Shown here piece by piece: positions 50,875 through 64,000 of a DNA stretch of 64,000 nt. The stretch lies in contig OZ024743.1 of assembly GCA_964016885.1 (NCBI GenBank), positions 299,274,001 through 299,338,000 on the forward strand, written 5' to 3'. The notes under the pieces were generated by a model that saw only the letters and a list, made by a program, of their open reading frames with translations, was not told where the DNA came from and ran no database searches. Each line of letters starts with the position of its first letter. Within the stretch, counting starts at the first letter, position 1. The translations under genes were made by a program, and so were the position numbers. The DNA comes from Eledone cirrhosa (Eukaryota).

Positions 50875-52559
50875 GGAACCTAACAAACTGCATAATAGGC
50901 AGTATGGATATTGTGTCCCTGTATCCATGTATTGACGTGGATTTTGCTGTGGAGAAATGCGTAGAAATGATCAGCGAGAGCAAGGTTGAGTTCCGTGGGA
51001 TTGATACCAGTGAGCTGGGACTTCTACTTAAGCTTACCCATAGTAATAGTTACCTAGACACTTATGACCTTAGCAACCTGTGCCCTACAAGACCAGCAAG
51101 AGGCAGACCACCTACCATTACCTCAATGGCCAAGAAAACCCACACAGATAGATGGAACGGGTGGACCAGAGCCATACGGACACCCGAAAACCACGATGAA
51201 CTGAAGAAAATGATTGCACATGCGGTAGGGGCCAGCATAAAATTAACCCTTAAGGAACATATGTTCAAATTTAATGGTAAAACATATGCCCAAGAGGAAG
51301 GAGCAGCCATTGGTGTTAGCATTGCAGGCGACATAGCTAACTTATTCATGGTATGGTGGGACAGCAGACTTAAACAAAAACTTAAAGAACAATTAGAAGA
51401 CAGCTTAACCCTGATAATGTACTCCCGCTACGTAGATGATATAAACATCGTAGTTAAGACACCCCCACTAAAGAACAGTCAAGAACTAGAGAAAAACACA
51501 ATGGAAAGCATCCAGCAAATAGCAAACTCCATCCACCAGAGCATTAGAGTTACTATAGACTACCCAAGTAGACACCCCAACCATCGATTACCTGTACTAG
51601 ACACAGAGCTCTGGTTAGATACCATTAACAACCAAAAACAAATCCTCCATTCCCATTATGCCAAACCCATGACTTCCAAACATCTGATCCACCGAAACTC
51701 GGCCATTTCGGACCATACCAAATTCAACATACTGATTGCGGACTTGGTACGGGTGATGAGAAATGTGTCCCGCATGTGCAACCCCGAAGAACTAGAGAGA
51801 CACATACAACACTTCATCCACCGTATGCAGTTCTCTGGCTACAATCAGAGAGATAGAATCAAAGTGTATAGAGGAGCCAGAACCAAATGGGAAAAAATGG
51901 TAAATAATGACATAAATGGGACCTGCCCCTTGTATAGGAGCAAATTTTGGAATAGAATAGAAAGAACTAGGAACAAGGCCAATAGAATAAACTCATGGTA
52001 TGATAGCAATAAATACCAGAGTGTAATGTTCATCAATACAACCCCTAGAGGCGAACTAGCCTACAAATTTAGAAGGGCCCTAAATAAACGTAAACTCAAA
52101 ATTAAGATAGTAGAAAGACCAGGTACCTCCGTAAAAACCCTTATTAGCAAGACATACCCGTTCCAAAGACCCTCATGTATAGATAAGAAATGTATAACCT
52201 GTAAAATAAGCCCCCATATTAACTGTAAAACTAGAAATGTAGTGTATAGCATAAGATGTACTGAAGGACAATGTAGAAACAAAAATATAGTGTACATAGG
52301 TGAGACAGCTGGTAGTATAGGGGAACGAATAAATGAACACTGGCGAGACCTTCAAGATAATAAAGAATCATCTGTGCTCTACCAACATGCTAAGACAGAG
52401 CACAGGGGTAGATTAGAGAACATAGAAATAAAAATAGAATCCACACACAGAAAAGATGCAATGTTTAGGCAAATTACAGAGGCAGTAAGCATAAAAGAAT
52501 TACAACCAAAATTAAATAGAAAATATGAGTGGAACAGCAACATCACAACTTACAATTAA
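50826..52559 (+). CDS. Penelope-like reverse transcriptase with GIY-YIG endonuclease, 5'-truncated but uninterrupted
   Basis: SMDIVSLYPCI, QEEGAAIG, RYVDDI, LPVLDT, Cys cluster CIDKKCITC, VVYSIRC..VYIGET, EAVSIKELQPKLN. The first ~17 codons come from the inverted arm, so they are not the native N-terminus. Confidence 0.93.
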   Translation: MLWWMEFAICWMLSIVWNLTNCIIGSMDIVSLYPCIDVDFAVEKCVEMISESKVEFRGIDTSELGLLLKLTHSNSYLDTYDLSNLCPTRPARGRPPTITSMAKKTHTDRWNGWTRAIRTPENHDELKKMIAHAVGASIKLTLKEHMFKFNGKTYAQEEGAAIGVSIAGDIANLFMVWWDSRLKQKLKEQLEDSLTLIMYSRYVDDINIVVKTPPLKNSQELEKNTMESIQQIANSIHQSIRVTIDYPSRHPNHRLPVLDTELWLDTINNQKQILHSHYAKPMTSKHLIHRNSAISDHTKFNILIADLVRVMRNVSRMCNPEELERHIQHFIHRMQFSGYNQRDRIKVYRGARTKWEKMVNNDINGTCPLYRSKFWNRIERTRNKANRINSWYDSNKYQSVMFINTTPRGELAYKFRRALNKRKLKIKIVERPGTSVKTLISKTYPFQRPSCIDKKCITCKISPHINCKTRNVVYSIRCTEGQCRNKNIVYIGETAGSIGERINEHWRDLQDNKESSVLYQHAKTEHRGRLENIEIKIESTHRKDAMFRQITEAVSIKELQPKLNRKYEWNSNITTYN

Positions 52560-52767
52560 GGACAAAATGAAAACACACACACACATAGAACAAACAACTA
52601 ACCAACAATAAATAAATAAATAAATAAACAAATAGATAAATGAACACAAACACACACAGACACCCGGATGTGGCGCATGCGCAAACTGAGCACACAACAC
52701 ACACACAGAAACAAAATGGCGTAGGATAGAAGAAAGGAAAGGCACAGAAACAAAGAAAGGAATCCCC

Positions 52768-52812
52768 AGTCACTGAAGAGGTCACAGAGTGTGTGGCGAA
52801 AGGACTATGACT
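52768..52812 (+). ncRNA. Minimal hammerhead ribozyme in 3' pLTR
   Basis: AGTCA-CTGAAGA-GGTCAC..GTGGC-GAAA-GGAC-TA-TGACT. Confidence 0.8.
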
Positions 52813-52970
52813 ATATATAAACAACTATCTGGTTGTGGAACCAACCAACCAGAAATTTATAAGTTTGTAGATTTGTAAATTTATAAATATATAAATATAT
52901 AATAAATTGAAGTGAAAGCAACTGGTGCGTGTGTTTCTTATTGGCAACATGACCCTCCCAAAGTATAACA

Positions 52971-53606
<636 letters not shown>

Positions 53607-53914
53607 ATTAGTATATTTACCAACATATGCGTACAGATGTACACTAATGCTAGCAAATACATAAGTTATGTCATAGTACCTATGTGGTTCAATGCAGGAG
53701 GATGCAGAACAATTATATGAAAGACGTAAAATAAGAAAATTTTAAAAATTAAAAATTAACTTACTTACTAAAATTTTCACTTCAACTAATTAGTTTCTGT
53801 AATGGGATAAAGATAGTTACGCAATGTAACCATCGAGAATTCACTACGTCATCAGGGAATCTATTCTCAGCTAAGTCTCCAGGCAATGCGCGGACACTAG
53901 GGACTCATATAAAA

Positions 53915-54603
53915 ACAATAATTCGGTGGATCTTGAGGACTTTCCGGACAAGAGATCGAGACACCATGTTGACACTGTGGAGGACTTTTGTTCTAAGCCG
54001 CCTGGACTACTGCTCCCAGTTGTGGTCACCCATAGTTTCAAACTAACCACGGAGCTTGAGGCAATCCAGTGAAGCTACACCAAGAGGATTGCCAAGATGA
54101 GGGAGACAAGCTACTGGGAGAGGCTGAAGGAACTGAACCTCTACTCCTTGGAGCGAAGACGGGAGAGATACGCAGTGATCTACATGTGGAAAATCCTGGA
54201 GGGACTAGCACCAAACTTTGGCATTGGGAGATGGACCAACCGTCGAACAGGACGTCACTGTGTGGTGCCAAAGGTCCCGTCTTCCACATCTAGAATAAGG
54301 AGCAGGTATTGCAATAGCCTGGGATTCAAGGGCCCTCAACTCTTCAACAGGCTGCCGAGGCATCTGAGAGACTTGCATGACGTGGAGGTGGATGTCATTA
54401 AGAAACATCTCGACACCTTGTTATCCAGGATCCCGGATAAGCCCACAGCAAGACACGAGGGAAACCTAAAGGCAACAGCAACAAACTCCCTCTTACACCA
54501 GTGGCCAACCTATACAGGCTGGAGATAAAATGTGTAGCAACAAGGGCAGTGCCCCAGCATGGCCTCAGCCGGATGGCTGAAGCAGGTAAAAGAGTAAAAG
54601 AGT
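53915..54603 (+). mobile_element. CR1-group LINE 3' fragment with (GTAAAAGA) tail
   Basis: RLDYCSQLWSP, SYWERLKELNLYSLERRRERY, GPQLFNRLP; 3' stem-loop followed by a tandem tail. Confidence 0.85.
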
Positions 54604-54772
54604 ATATATATATTAAGTTTGCAATTTTCAACTGTATATATATATATATATATATACTCCTACAAAGACTATTTTAAAGACATGTCTACTTAATTTGGTT
54701 TGAACTATCTAATTTGCATACATACAAATAACCTTCCCACAATAAATATATATATATATAAATATATATATA

Positions 54773-54982
54773 GTAATAATAATAAATTTAAAGACTAAAA
54801 TCCAAAATCCGTAGGGCAAATATTTATTAAAATAACAGATTAAAGTTTAAGCAAAGAATCGCGGCCTTCACCCTTAACGGGATCTTCTGAAACTAACAAA
54901 GTCCAAGTCTTTGTTTGTTTCAGAAGATCCCGTTAAGTGTGAAAGTAGCGATTCTTTGCTTAAACTTTAATCTGTTATTTTA

Positions 54983-54990
<8 letters not shown>
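54773..54990 (-). mobile_element. Fold-back element in (TA)n with a variant hammerhead-like motif
   Basis: Tail 54773-54819; arms 54820-54901 and 54909-54990; GTTT-CAGAAGA-TCCCGTTAAGGGT-GAA in the arms. Confidence 0.8.
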
Positions 54991-55028
<38 letters not shown>

Positions 55029-58000
55029 AATGAATGGAAAACAACAAAGCAATCAATACTGTAAAATTAAGATATACATTAGTTTAACGCTTGATGTAGT
55101 CGGAAAAAACGTGTGAAGGTTTCAGATGTTGGTCCTTTATTATGAATGATAAGTAAAAGTATAGAGTGATACAGGAGTGAAATGAGGAAGAAACAGAAAA
55201 ACATTTTTTTTTTAGAAAAAACACGCGTGTGTTCAGTCAGCCGAAATGGGTAGAAGAAATATACTGACATGTTTTCTATTAAGCACAGTCATATAAGAAC
55301 GGGGATTAAATCGTTATATACAGATTCACTGGGCTTCATGCCTACACAAATATACAATATAAAAATGTGTATTTAATTTAAGTTCCTATTTTCATATTGA
55401 TTTTTATTTTTTGTAATTTACTTCATTTACGAGATTTGATTGATTTCATAGATCTCGTTTACGAGAATACAATGCCAGCTATAAATAAACAATTAGTTGT
55501 AATCCTGAGACAAAAATAAAATGTTTCATTTTCGTATGAACTGCTAGTTAGTTTTTGTTGTGCTATTTTGATAAATGTGCAACTATGAATATGAACTTGT
55601 AAAAGCGTGCGGTTTATTGATTAGGGTGCCCCGTTTAGTGTCACTATCTCCTGATATGTATTCAGGTGGATTCGACCCCACTGTAAGAAGTGCTACAATA
55701 AACAAAATGCATTGGATTTCGCAATATACGTAATACTGTTGTATGGTGTAAAATGCTAGAAATATTTTATAATCGATGTAGTGACAAAACGACTGTGTGG
55801 CTATTTCACTTTCATAGTGGGACATAATAACACCGATGAAACCAAAGTTCTACACACAGGATCAGGTATTTAGACCTTGGGAGGCCCGGGTCAGTTCAGG
55901 TTTGGTAGGCTCTTTACACACACACACACACACGACAACCGTGTAGACTACACGGTCAACATCCACTTTATGGAGTATTTTAATAACCGGGGAACTTGAT
56001 TTACTAAGTAAAAGAAGTGTTACTTCGGATTACTACTACTACTACTATTTATTTATTTATTTTCATTTTTTCATCTTTCAATTTCTATCTACATTTGTGT
56101 AATTTAGAAATACAGTTTTATAGATAGCGAACATTCAGTATTCGGTGCTTGCATAAGCTAAATACACAGCTATATGTGTTAACACATTTTTACCGTAACG
56201 TAGTATTTCTTTAATATAAAACAATTATTTTATTATCAGAACATTCTCCTGTATTTACGATCCGACTCATTCCGTAAATATAAGTTTATTGACTTTTCGT
56301 TTTTTGTTGAGAATAAAATGAGAGCCTCGATCTGCTTCCATTTATTTCTTGAAACACACTGACAAACTAAGTGCTGAGTGTTAAAAAGTATTTAAATTAT
56401 TTTCTATTTTAATATATACATCAATTATAAATGTTATGATCAACAAGACAGAGCTGATATAAAAAAAAACAACTTTACTTCATATTAAATGTATACACAC
56501 TTAAAGTGTGCATTCGTGCCATATAATATATTTGTCTATGTGACATTCTATACTTTTTAAATTGTTGAATTGTAAATATATTTTAGTTGTTTTGATTCTA
56601 AATTCGTATAATTTGATTTTAAATTCGTATTTTTTGTAATATAATTTTTAAAATGTATTTGAAAAGTGGATTTATTATTTCCTATTATTGTAATATTTAC
56701 AACCCCTACAATGCAATTTTTAAACTAAAAAAATCTACCTTAATGTATTGTACGTGTGTTTTATATCATTACCTATGTATTATATTACATTTTGTACACC
56801 CTCACACACAAACACACACACACACACACACGCACACACATATATATATATATGAATATATATATTCATAAGTATTTACATATTTGTTTGTGCATAGCCT
56901 TACGTGTGCATCCCTTTATACTCAATATCAGTATCTTATCTGCATGCGTGATCTTAGATCATTTTTAAATGCGTAAGTTTCGAGATTATTGACGTATTAA
57001 AACATTATTGGTTTTCTAAATAGATCGCTTTAAAATATATTTCAGAGAAGGATTACATTAAGGCATTGTTTTAACATGCTGTTAAAAAGAAATATAATTT
57101 CATCAAACGAAATTATCCATAATATACCGCTTGTTGCCCTGTATGTATATAGAAATTTGATCGTTGCTTTACATCTATTATTTTGCATATTGAATTCCTG
57201 AGAATTTTTATACGTATATATAATTGTGATAAAGAATATCACTTTGCATCCATTTTGTCCTCGATTCAATCCAAAGGCCCGTCGTATTGAACAAATTTCT
57301 TTTAACATAACCTCGGTTTGGCCAATGCGATAAGCCTGAAATATGGTAGATGAAATCTGTGTCGAAAGAGTTGTTGTCAAATTATTTGCGGACTTTGAAG
57401 CAATGTACTAAAGTAAATGCATCGGTGAAAGAGGTGAGCTACTTAAAGAGGCTGAATTAATTGACACTCTACTCCCTAGAGCGAAGACGGTAAAGATATA
57501 CAGGAATACATATCGACTGCTGTTTATCATTCATTTTGTACGATCTTAGTCACACGGGGAAACTTTGCACCCCCTGCGTTCTCCGTTTTCTCCTCTCTGA
57601 CTTTCTCTCTATCTCTGTTCCTTCTGTGTTAGATTTCTCCATATACGACTTACGTCTCCACCACTTCTTTCTCACTTCGTCTTCTATGCATATTTTCTCC
57701 TTGCTAAATATGTTGGGCTTTGTTTCTATCTCTTCGTTCCAGCTGCAGTTCATTTTCTTATACTTGAAAATTGTCGAAATATCAATGATCATGTCTTGTG
57801 TATATTTGTCACTGTCCTAAGTGCACTGGAGCTAGTGTGATCGCTCTTAAAACATCGAAACGACGTTTGCAGTATTTACAACCTATAAAGGTTGCCTTCC
57901 CTGATTCCCCCAAAATAAACAATCTCCCATTGGGAGTGATCTCATTCATGTAGGTTAAAGGTTTTTGATAATTAGTACGCAATTCATGCATCACGCATGC

Positions 58001-58237
58001 TACCCACAGAGAGGTTGACAGTCCAAACACTCCAGAATGATCCTCCTTGTTTCAGATTCAATCCCTCCCCTGTTTAGAACCATATACAGCCAGCTGAAAT
58101 AGTTTTCTTTTTCGTGTTTTTGTCCGTGTGCCCGATGAGGGGCCAGCTTGGCCTCGTCCACTATACAGTGATGGCTATAACTAGACCCTGAAGTCAATGG
58201 TCGCACATACATGTTAAGTGTATGAAACTCTATTTAT

Positions 58238-58277
<40 letters not shown>

Positions 58278-58369
58278 CGATTGACTTTCGTCAAATCGGA
58301 CCGAGGAAACAGTATTTACGTTGGTCTTTCCAGTTGCTAATACTGTCTACCAGTCGCAACTCCAGGTAG

Positions 58370-58485
58370 AAGGAGCTGCTTGAAATAAAGTGTCTTGCTC
58401 GAGGACATAACGCATCGCCCGGTCCAGGAATCGAACTTACAACCTCAAGATGAATCCAATTCTCTAACCACTCAGCCACACGCCT
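58370..58485 (-). mobile_element. CORE-type tRNA SINE 5' part
   Basis: Minus strand AGGCGTGTGGCTGAGTGGTTAG..GTTCGATTCC..CCTCGAGCAAGACACTTT. Confidence 0.75.
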
Positions 58486-58499
58486 ACACACACACACAC

Positions 58500-59021
<522 letters not shown>

Positions 59022-59029
59022 TATACTAG

Positions 59030-59145
59030 GGCGCGTAAAATTCCCGATATCCATGGACGAGTTCTCTCCAGCGGTCTCTGTCCCTCATTATCGCTGCCAT
59101 GTCCTGCGTCTCCAACAGACCAGTGTCTGTCCTTAAGGCATCAAC
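59030..59145 (-). pseudogene. LINE (probably RTE) extreme 3' fragment
   Basis: LRTDTGLLETQDMAAIMRDRDRWRELV. Confidence 0.5.
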
Positions 59146-59370
59146 ATATATATATGGACTCAAACTCAAATGAAATGAAATTAAATATATATATATATAT
59201 TACCGGACATGTAAGGGGGAATAGATGGGTGGTTAAATGAAAATAGAGAAAGAGAAAGACATAAATTGATAGATAGTGAGATAAGAAGATAGAATGCTAG
59301 AACGAACTCCATGCATATGCACAGAGAGCAAGAGGTTAAGGAAACAACCGAATAATAAAGAGAGAGAGAG

Positions 59371-59405
<35 letters not shown>

Positions 59406-59713
59406 CGTATATATATATATATATATATGGAATAGAATGAAACGAAATTTCATTTCTCACTCTTATTTCGGCACTTACTTAAATGTAAGTACGTATGTAT
59501 ACGTCCATACATATATGTATACAGACGTACAGTAGCATGTATATATATATATATATATACATACAGGCACACATATATATATGCACGTATCAATTTACCG
59601 AACATTTATTATAATGTTCGCTTTGTTCGTTTGTAAACAAACGAACAGCCTGATTTACGCCGTACAGTGTTTAGGCAACCACGTCACCTTTTTGTTCAAC
59701 ACTGACACAGGAA

Positions 59714-59754
59714 CGATGTACTAGTTTCAAGCTTGTTAGCTATCGTCAGCACCG
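59714..59754 (-). ncRNA. Isolated minimal type I hammerhead ribozyme
   Basis: CGGTG-CTGACGA-TAGCTAACAAGCTT-GAAA-CTAG-TA-CATCG. All three stems are consistent and stem III is palindromic. Confidence 0.75.
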
Positions 59755-60699
59755 TATACCTTTCTGCCAGATGGTTGAACGTGCGAAAGTATATACTTTC
59801 CTTATGAAAATTATATATATAGGGAGAGGGAGAGAGAGGGAGTTAGAGATGACTTCATGGAGAGAGCGGGATGCTGATATGGATAGATAGATAGGGTGAA
59901 AGATGAATAGATTAGCTGGAAAAACAAATAGATCGATAAATACATTGAAATCTTATTACTTAAAAATACATTGAGATCTTATTACTCATAAAAAAATCTC
60001 TTGTACATATCAAAACTATATATTATAATATAATAAACATGATTTACGAAATAAACAATTCAGAGCAGAATTTCATTGAAAAATACGCATCATTAGAAAA
60101 AAGACATTTGTTTGTTGCATGTGATTATATATATGTGTGCGTGTGTGTTCTGAATATGTATCTACATCTACGTTAACTATGCCTTTTATCCTTATGGGTT
60201 CGATAAAATAATGCAGTATTAAGATACAGGGGTCGATTTTTTTTATATTCCCCTGCCCCCAAATATTTTGGCATTGTGCCTAAAGCTGAAACCATTTTAC
60301 TCCTAACAAGGTCACCCCCCCCCCCCAAAGACTTATACCATCATTATTTTCCGCCTCAACTATTCTCGCTACTTCTGGATATTCACCCATGTCCTCCTAC
60401 ACACCGGTTTCTAAACCTACATTAATTATGATACATGCACCACTTTATTCCCTACCTTTATTCATCCAATTTATCTATATATATATATATAAAATATTTC
60501 TTTTATGAACTTAATTCCAATAATACGCTGTATACACTAATACAATGCTTACAATGTGAATTCTTTTCCAAATGTACTTGTGCCTTTAACATTACTTTTA
60601 TTACAACTTCCAAATTGACAAAATTTATCTTTATCAATTCCCTTTATTATATTGTTACAGTGCTAAAGATTTTTTAAAATTATTTCTATAACCTTAGGA

Positions 60700-61120
60700 C
60701 GTTGGATCAGCAATATAGGTAGACCGTCAGACATCAGGCTTTGAATAATAGAGTTATGGCCCTTTACGTTCTGAGTTCAAATGCCGCCGAGGTTAAAATA
60801 AAGCACCAGTAACCCACTGGGGTAAATTTAATCGACTTCCAACTCTTCCCAAATTCCTGGCCTGGTACCTATAGTAGAAATAATTATTTCTATAACCTTG
60901 AAGGCAAGGGTTTGGCAGAATCAGTAAAGCGTCGGGCATCATGCTTCGCAGCAAAGAGTTACGGCACTTTATGTTCTCAGTCCAAATCCCACCGAGGTTA
61001 GGTTTCCCTTTCTTCCTTACGGGGTCGATAAAATAAAGTAACCCACTGGGGAACATTTAATCGACATGCCCCTCCTCAAAAATTGTTGGACTTGTGACTA
61101 AATCAAAAAACATTATTTCT
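60700..61120 (+). mobile_element. Two tandem older SINE copies
   Basis: B-box-like GAGTTCAAATGCCGCCGAGG and CAGTCCAAATCCCACCGAGG; CCTTACGGGGTCGATAAAATAAAG. Confidence 0.8.
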
Positions 61121-63320
61121 ATAATCTTAATTATTGCAATTATTCAATCTTCTGCTTTCCCTCCTCCTTTTAACCTCCCTTTGCCCTTACTCTCTGCCAG
61201 ACCCCAAAAACTGACCACTCGCTGGTACCACCAACAGAAACACAAATACTATCAAGACCACACGCACAGACAAACACACAGACATACAATATATATACAC
61301 ATATATATATACATATATATATATATATTCAACATGAAAATTTTGATTGATTGCAGGTGCAAAAACGCAAGTAACATAAAATAAATAACGAGATAGATAA
61401 CGATATTATATTATATTATTTATGTTAGGTTAATTTAATTACTATAGACATATCGAAATATTAAAGAAAAAAACACGAGAAACGGAGTAAGAAATCGATT
61501 GAAACTATCATTGAAATTAATCTCTTACAGAAAGTTCTTCTTCTTCTTCTTCTTCTTCTTCTTCTTCTTCTTCTATTAATTCAAAAACTTCATTTACATT
61601 AAAAAATATTATGAATGAAAATAAGAAAAAGTATTAAAGGAATAAATGGGCAAGAAAAAGTGGGAGGACAAATGCATGGTTGAGTTTAAACATGTTTATA
61701 ACAGAATGTTAACAAGCTGCAAACCTATGATACCAAAGAGAAAAAGGATGCTAGAAACAAATAAAATAAAGAACGAAAAGCACAGGAAAACAAAAGAAAA
61801 CAACAAAATAATAATAAATAAAAATCAACATTAGTGGAAATAAAATAAGGTCGAAAGAAACAGATTAAGCAAGAGCACGAAAAAAATCTCATTGAAATGA
61901 AAAAAAAAAAAAATGCTCTGCCCATTTATATAGTTTTACAATAACGTAACAAATATTTTGCTTTTCGTAAGCATGTACAAAGAAAATCCGCACTTGAGTT
62001 CAAACATTCAGTATTTAGGATAACATTAATACTTTCCCTATTAAACTAAGCTGACAACTAAACTTATTTCTGATTTTTTTTTACGTGCATATAAGTAGAC
62101 ACAAAGGCACTAATGGATAAACATGGTTTAAAAGTGCTGTCACAATTTTCTCTAAGTTTTTAGATATTCGGAATAGACCTGTTCAAACTACTCGGTCTAG
62201 GTTACCAAATGAGTGACTGTGTGAGTAATATCTCCTCTTGAATTTATTTACAGTTACTCCAATAAGAAAATTTGTTTGAAGTCCATCATTCAATATTACC
62301 TTTTCTTCTCTTCTGATATGTTATGTCGTTCAATTTGATAATCTTACGATTTACCTCATCCTTGTCAAAATATCTCTTGTTTCGACAAAAGAAACAATAT
62401 TTCAATATGAAGCCCGAAACACTTGGCCTTCGTGTTCCTAGTATATCTTTGCTGCTATAATCACATATACAAATCTATACCGGTGAAATTAATGTTCTGT
62501 CACCTGTTTTGCACAACCAAACATATATGTGTTATCTGCAATCAAATGTGTATGCGTAAGTATCTGTGTGTAATTAAATGCCATCTATTATAATTATTTA
62601 TGAAATTTATCTATAACAATACACAATGGAAATATTGAATATAGCTTTTGGCAAATTGAAGCGTTTGCATGTTTGCGGAGATGGTAAAATTAAAATGTTA
62701 TTTTGTTACATTGTTTCTAGGAGTATGGGAGATTTTGGCACCATCCGGTTTTCCATGGTTTCTTTCTTTTCAGATTGATGATAATCACGAGAGGCTCGTC
62801 ACTAGAAGCTACTCCCAAATAGTGGATGAAAATAGATAAGATTTTGGCAGCTGCATATAATGTATATATAAAAAAATCTCATATAGATGTTCAAAATAAC
62901 GAATGCACAGACACACATACAAACGCACACACAGACACAGACACACACACACACATATATATCCTAGCAAATTTTGTGTGTGCCCGTGTGTATGGGCAGG
63001 TGTATGCATGTGTTTATGGTGTGTGTATGTGTGTATGCAAACATACGAGAGCTCACTTTGGCATAAAATGATATTAACGTTTTAAAGACACCCAGAACGT
63101 TACCTATGAAAAAAAGAAAAAAAAAAAAAATCTTCACCTGCCAAATATTCTTTCCCTTCCGAATCACTCTCAAAGTTCTGAGCCAGATGAATGGCAGAAT
63201 CGTTAGAGAATCCAACTACATTCTGTGTTGTATTTCGTAATTATGTCCCCTTGTGTTATGATTTCAAATGTCACTCAGGTGGTCTTCATATTTAATTATT
63301 TTATGTTCGATATTACCAGT

Positions 63321-63470
63321 CAAGGCGGCAAATTGGCAGAGTCATTAGAACGTCGGATAGGATGCTTTGCGATATTCCTTTTTACTCCCTGCTATCTGAG
63401 GTCAACTTTCCCTTTCATCCATTCAGGGTCAATAATAAAGTACTAGACTTGTATTGGAATCGATTCTCCC
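63321..63470 (+). mobile_element. Degenerate SINE of the same superfamily
   Basis: GGCGGCAAATTGGCAGAGTCATTAG..GAGGTCAACTTTCCCTTTCATCCATTCAGGGTCAATAATAAAGTAC. Confidence 0.7.
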
Positions 63471-64000
63471 TCTATATCTCGTTCTCACTTCCATTTTCTC
63501 ATTTTCCTTCTCTAGAGGAAATCTGCTGTATTCAGATCTGAAGAGAATTGGGCCTCGCCAGGTTTAAAAATACATTCGAATGAAACAGTTGTAGTCCTAT
63601 AGAAGCCATTGCTATATTAAATTTCATATATATGTATATATAATCATCGTTTGAAGCTCATTTTCTCACGCTACCATGGACTATAGGAGTTGTCTTGTTG
63701 CGAGAAATGCCAGGTGAGGTTGATCATGTCTTGCTCCTACAGAACTGATTTTGGGTTGGTTTCTATGATGGATGCCCTTCCTAACGCGAACAAAATTATA
63801 GTGAAGGCTGGAGGCTTCACTAGGTGTATGCTTCAGCCTGTCCTCATGGGGGATGTATGGGAATGTGGTGTACGGTGGATTTCTTGACGGTTGATACTGT
63901 ACATATGCTTCAGATTCAGCCTGTTCCCTTGGGAAGGAGGGTCTCCTGTATCATATATATATATATATATATATATATAAATGCTACAAAGTACGAGGGA

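Noticed and set aside
55855-57420. Possible hAT end at 55855-55915 and Tc1/mariner relic at 57080-57420
   Set aside because: No partner TIR was found and the motifs are too degraded to support a call.

Overview
AT-rich, microsatellite-dense eukaryotic DNA, most likely an octopod cephalopod. That assignment is inferred from many tRNA-derived SINEs with a Deu/Nin-type body (GCCTTTCATCCTTACGGGGTCGATAAAATAAAGTACCAG) and CORE-type SINEs that resemble octopus families as I recall them. No host gene can be called with confidence; the window looks like a large intron or intergenic region, with a few candidate minus-strand exons. It holds two divergent Tx1/L1 LINEs, an R4/Dong LINE, RTE and CR1-type fragments, a hAT transposon nested in a non-autonomous Helitron, mariner, Tc1 and Tigger relics, and a Penelope-like element (PLE) with RT and GIY-YIG domains. 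The main signal is at least seven insertions in (TA)n tracts that share one architecture: two inverted arms, with a 45-85 nt tail on one side only. Most carry minimal hammerhead ribozyme motifs, and one family has a non-canonical CAGAAGA core. They belong to about six unrelated sequence families and range from about 170 bp to the 3.6 kb PLE.
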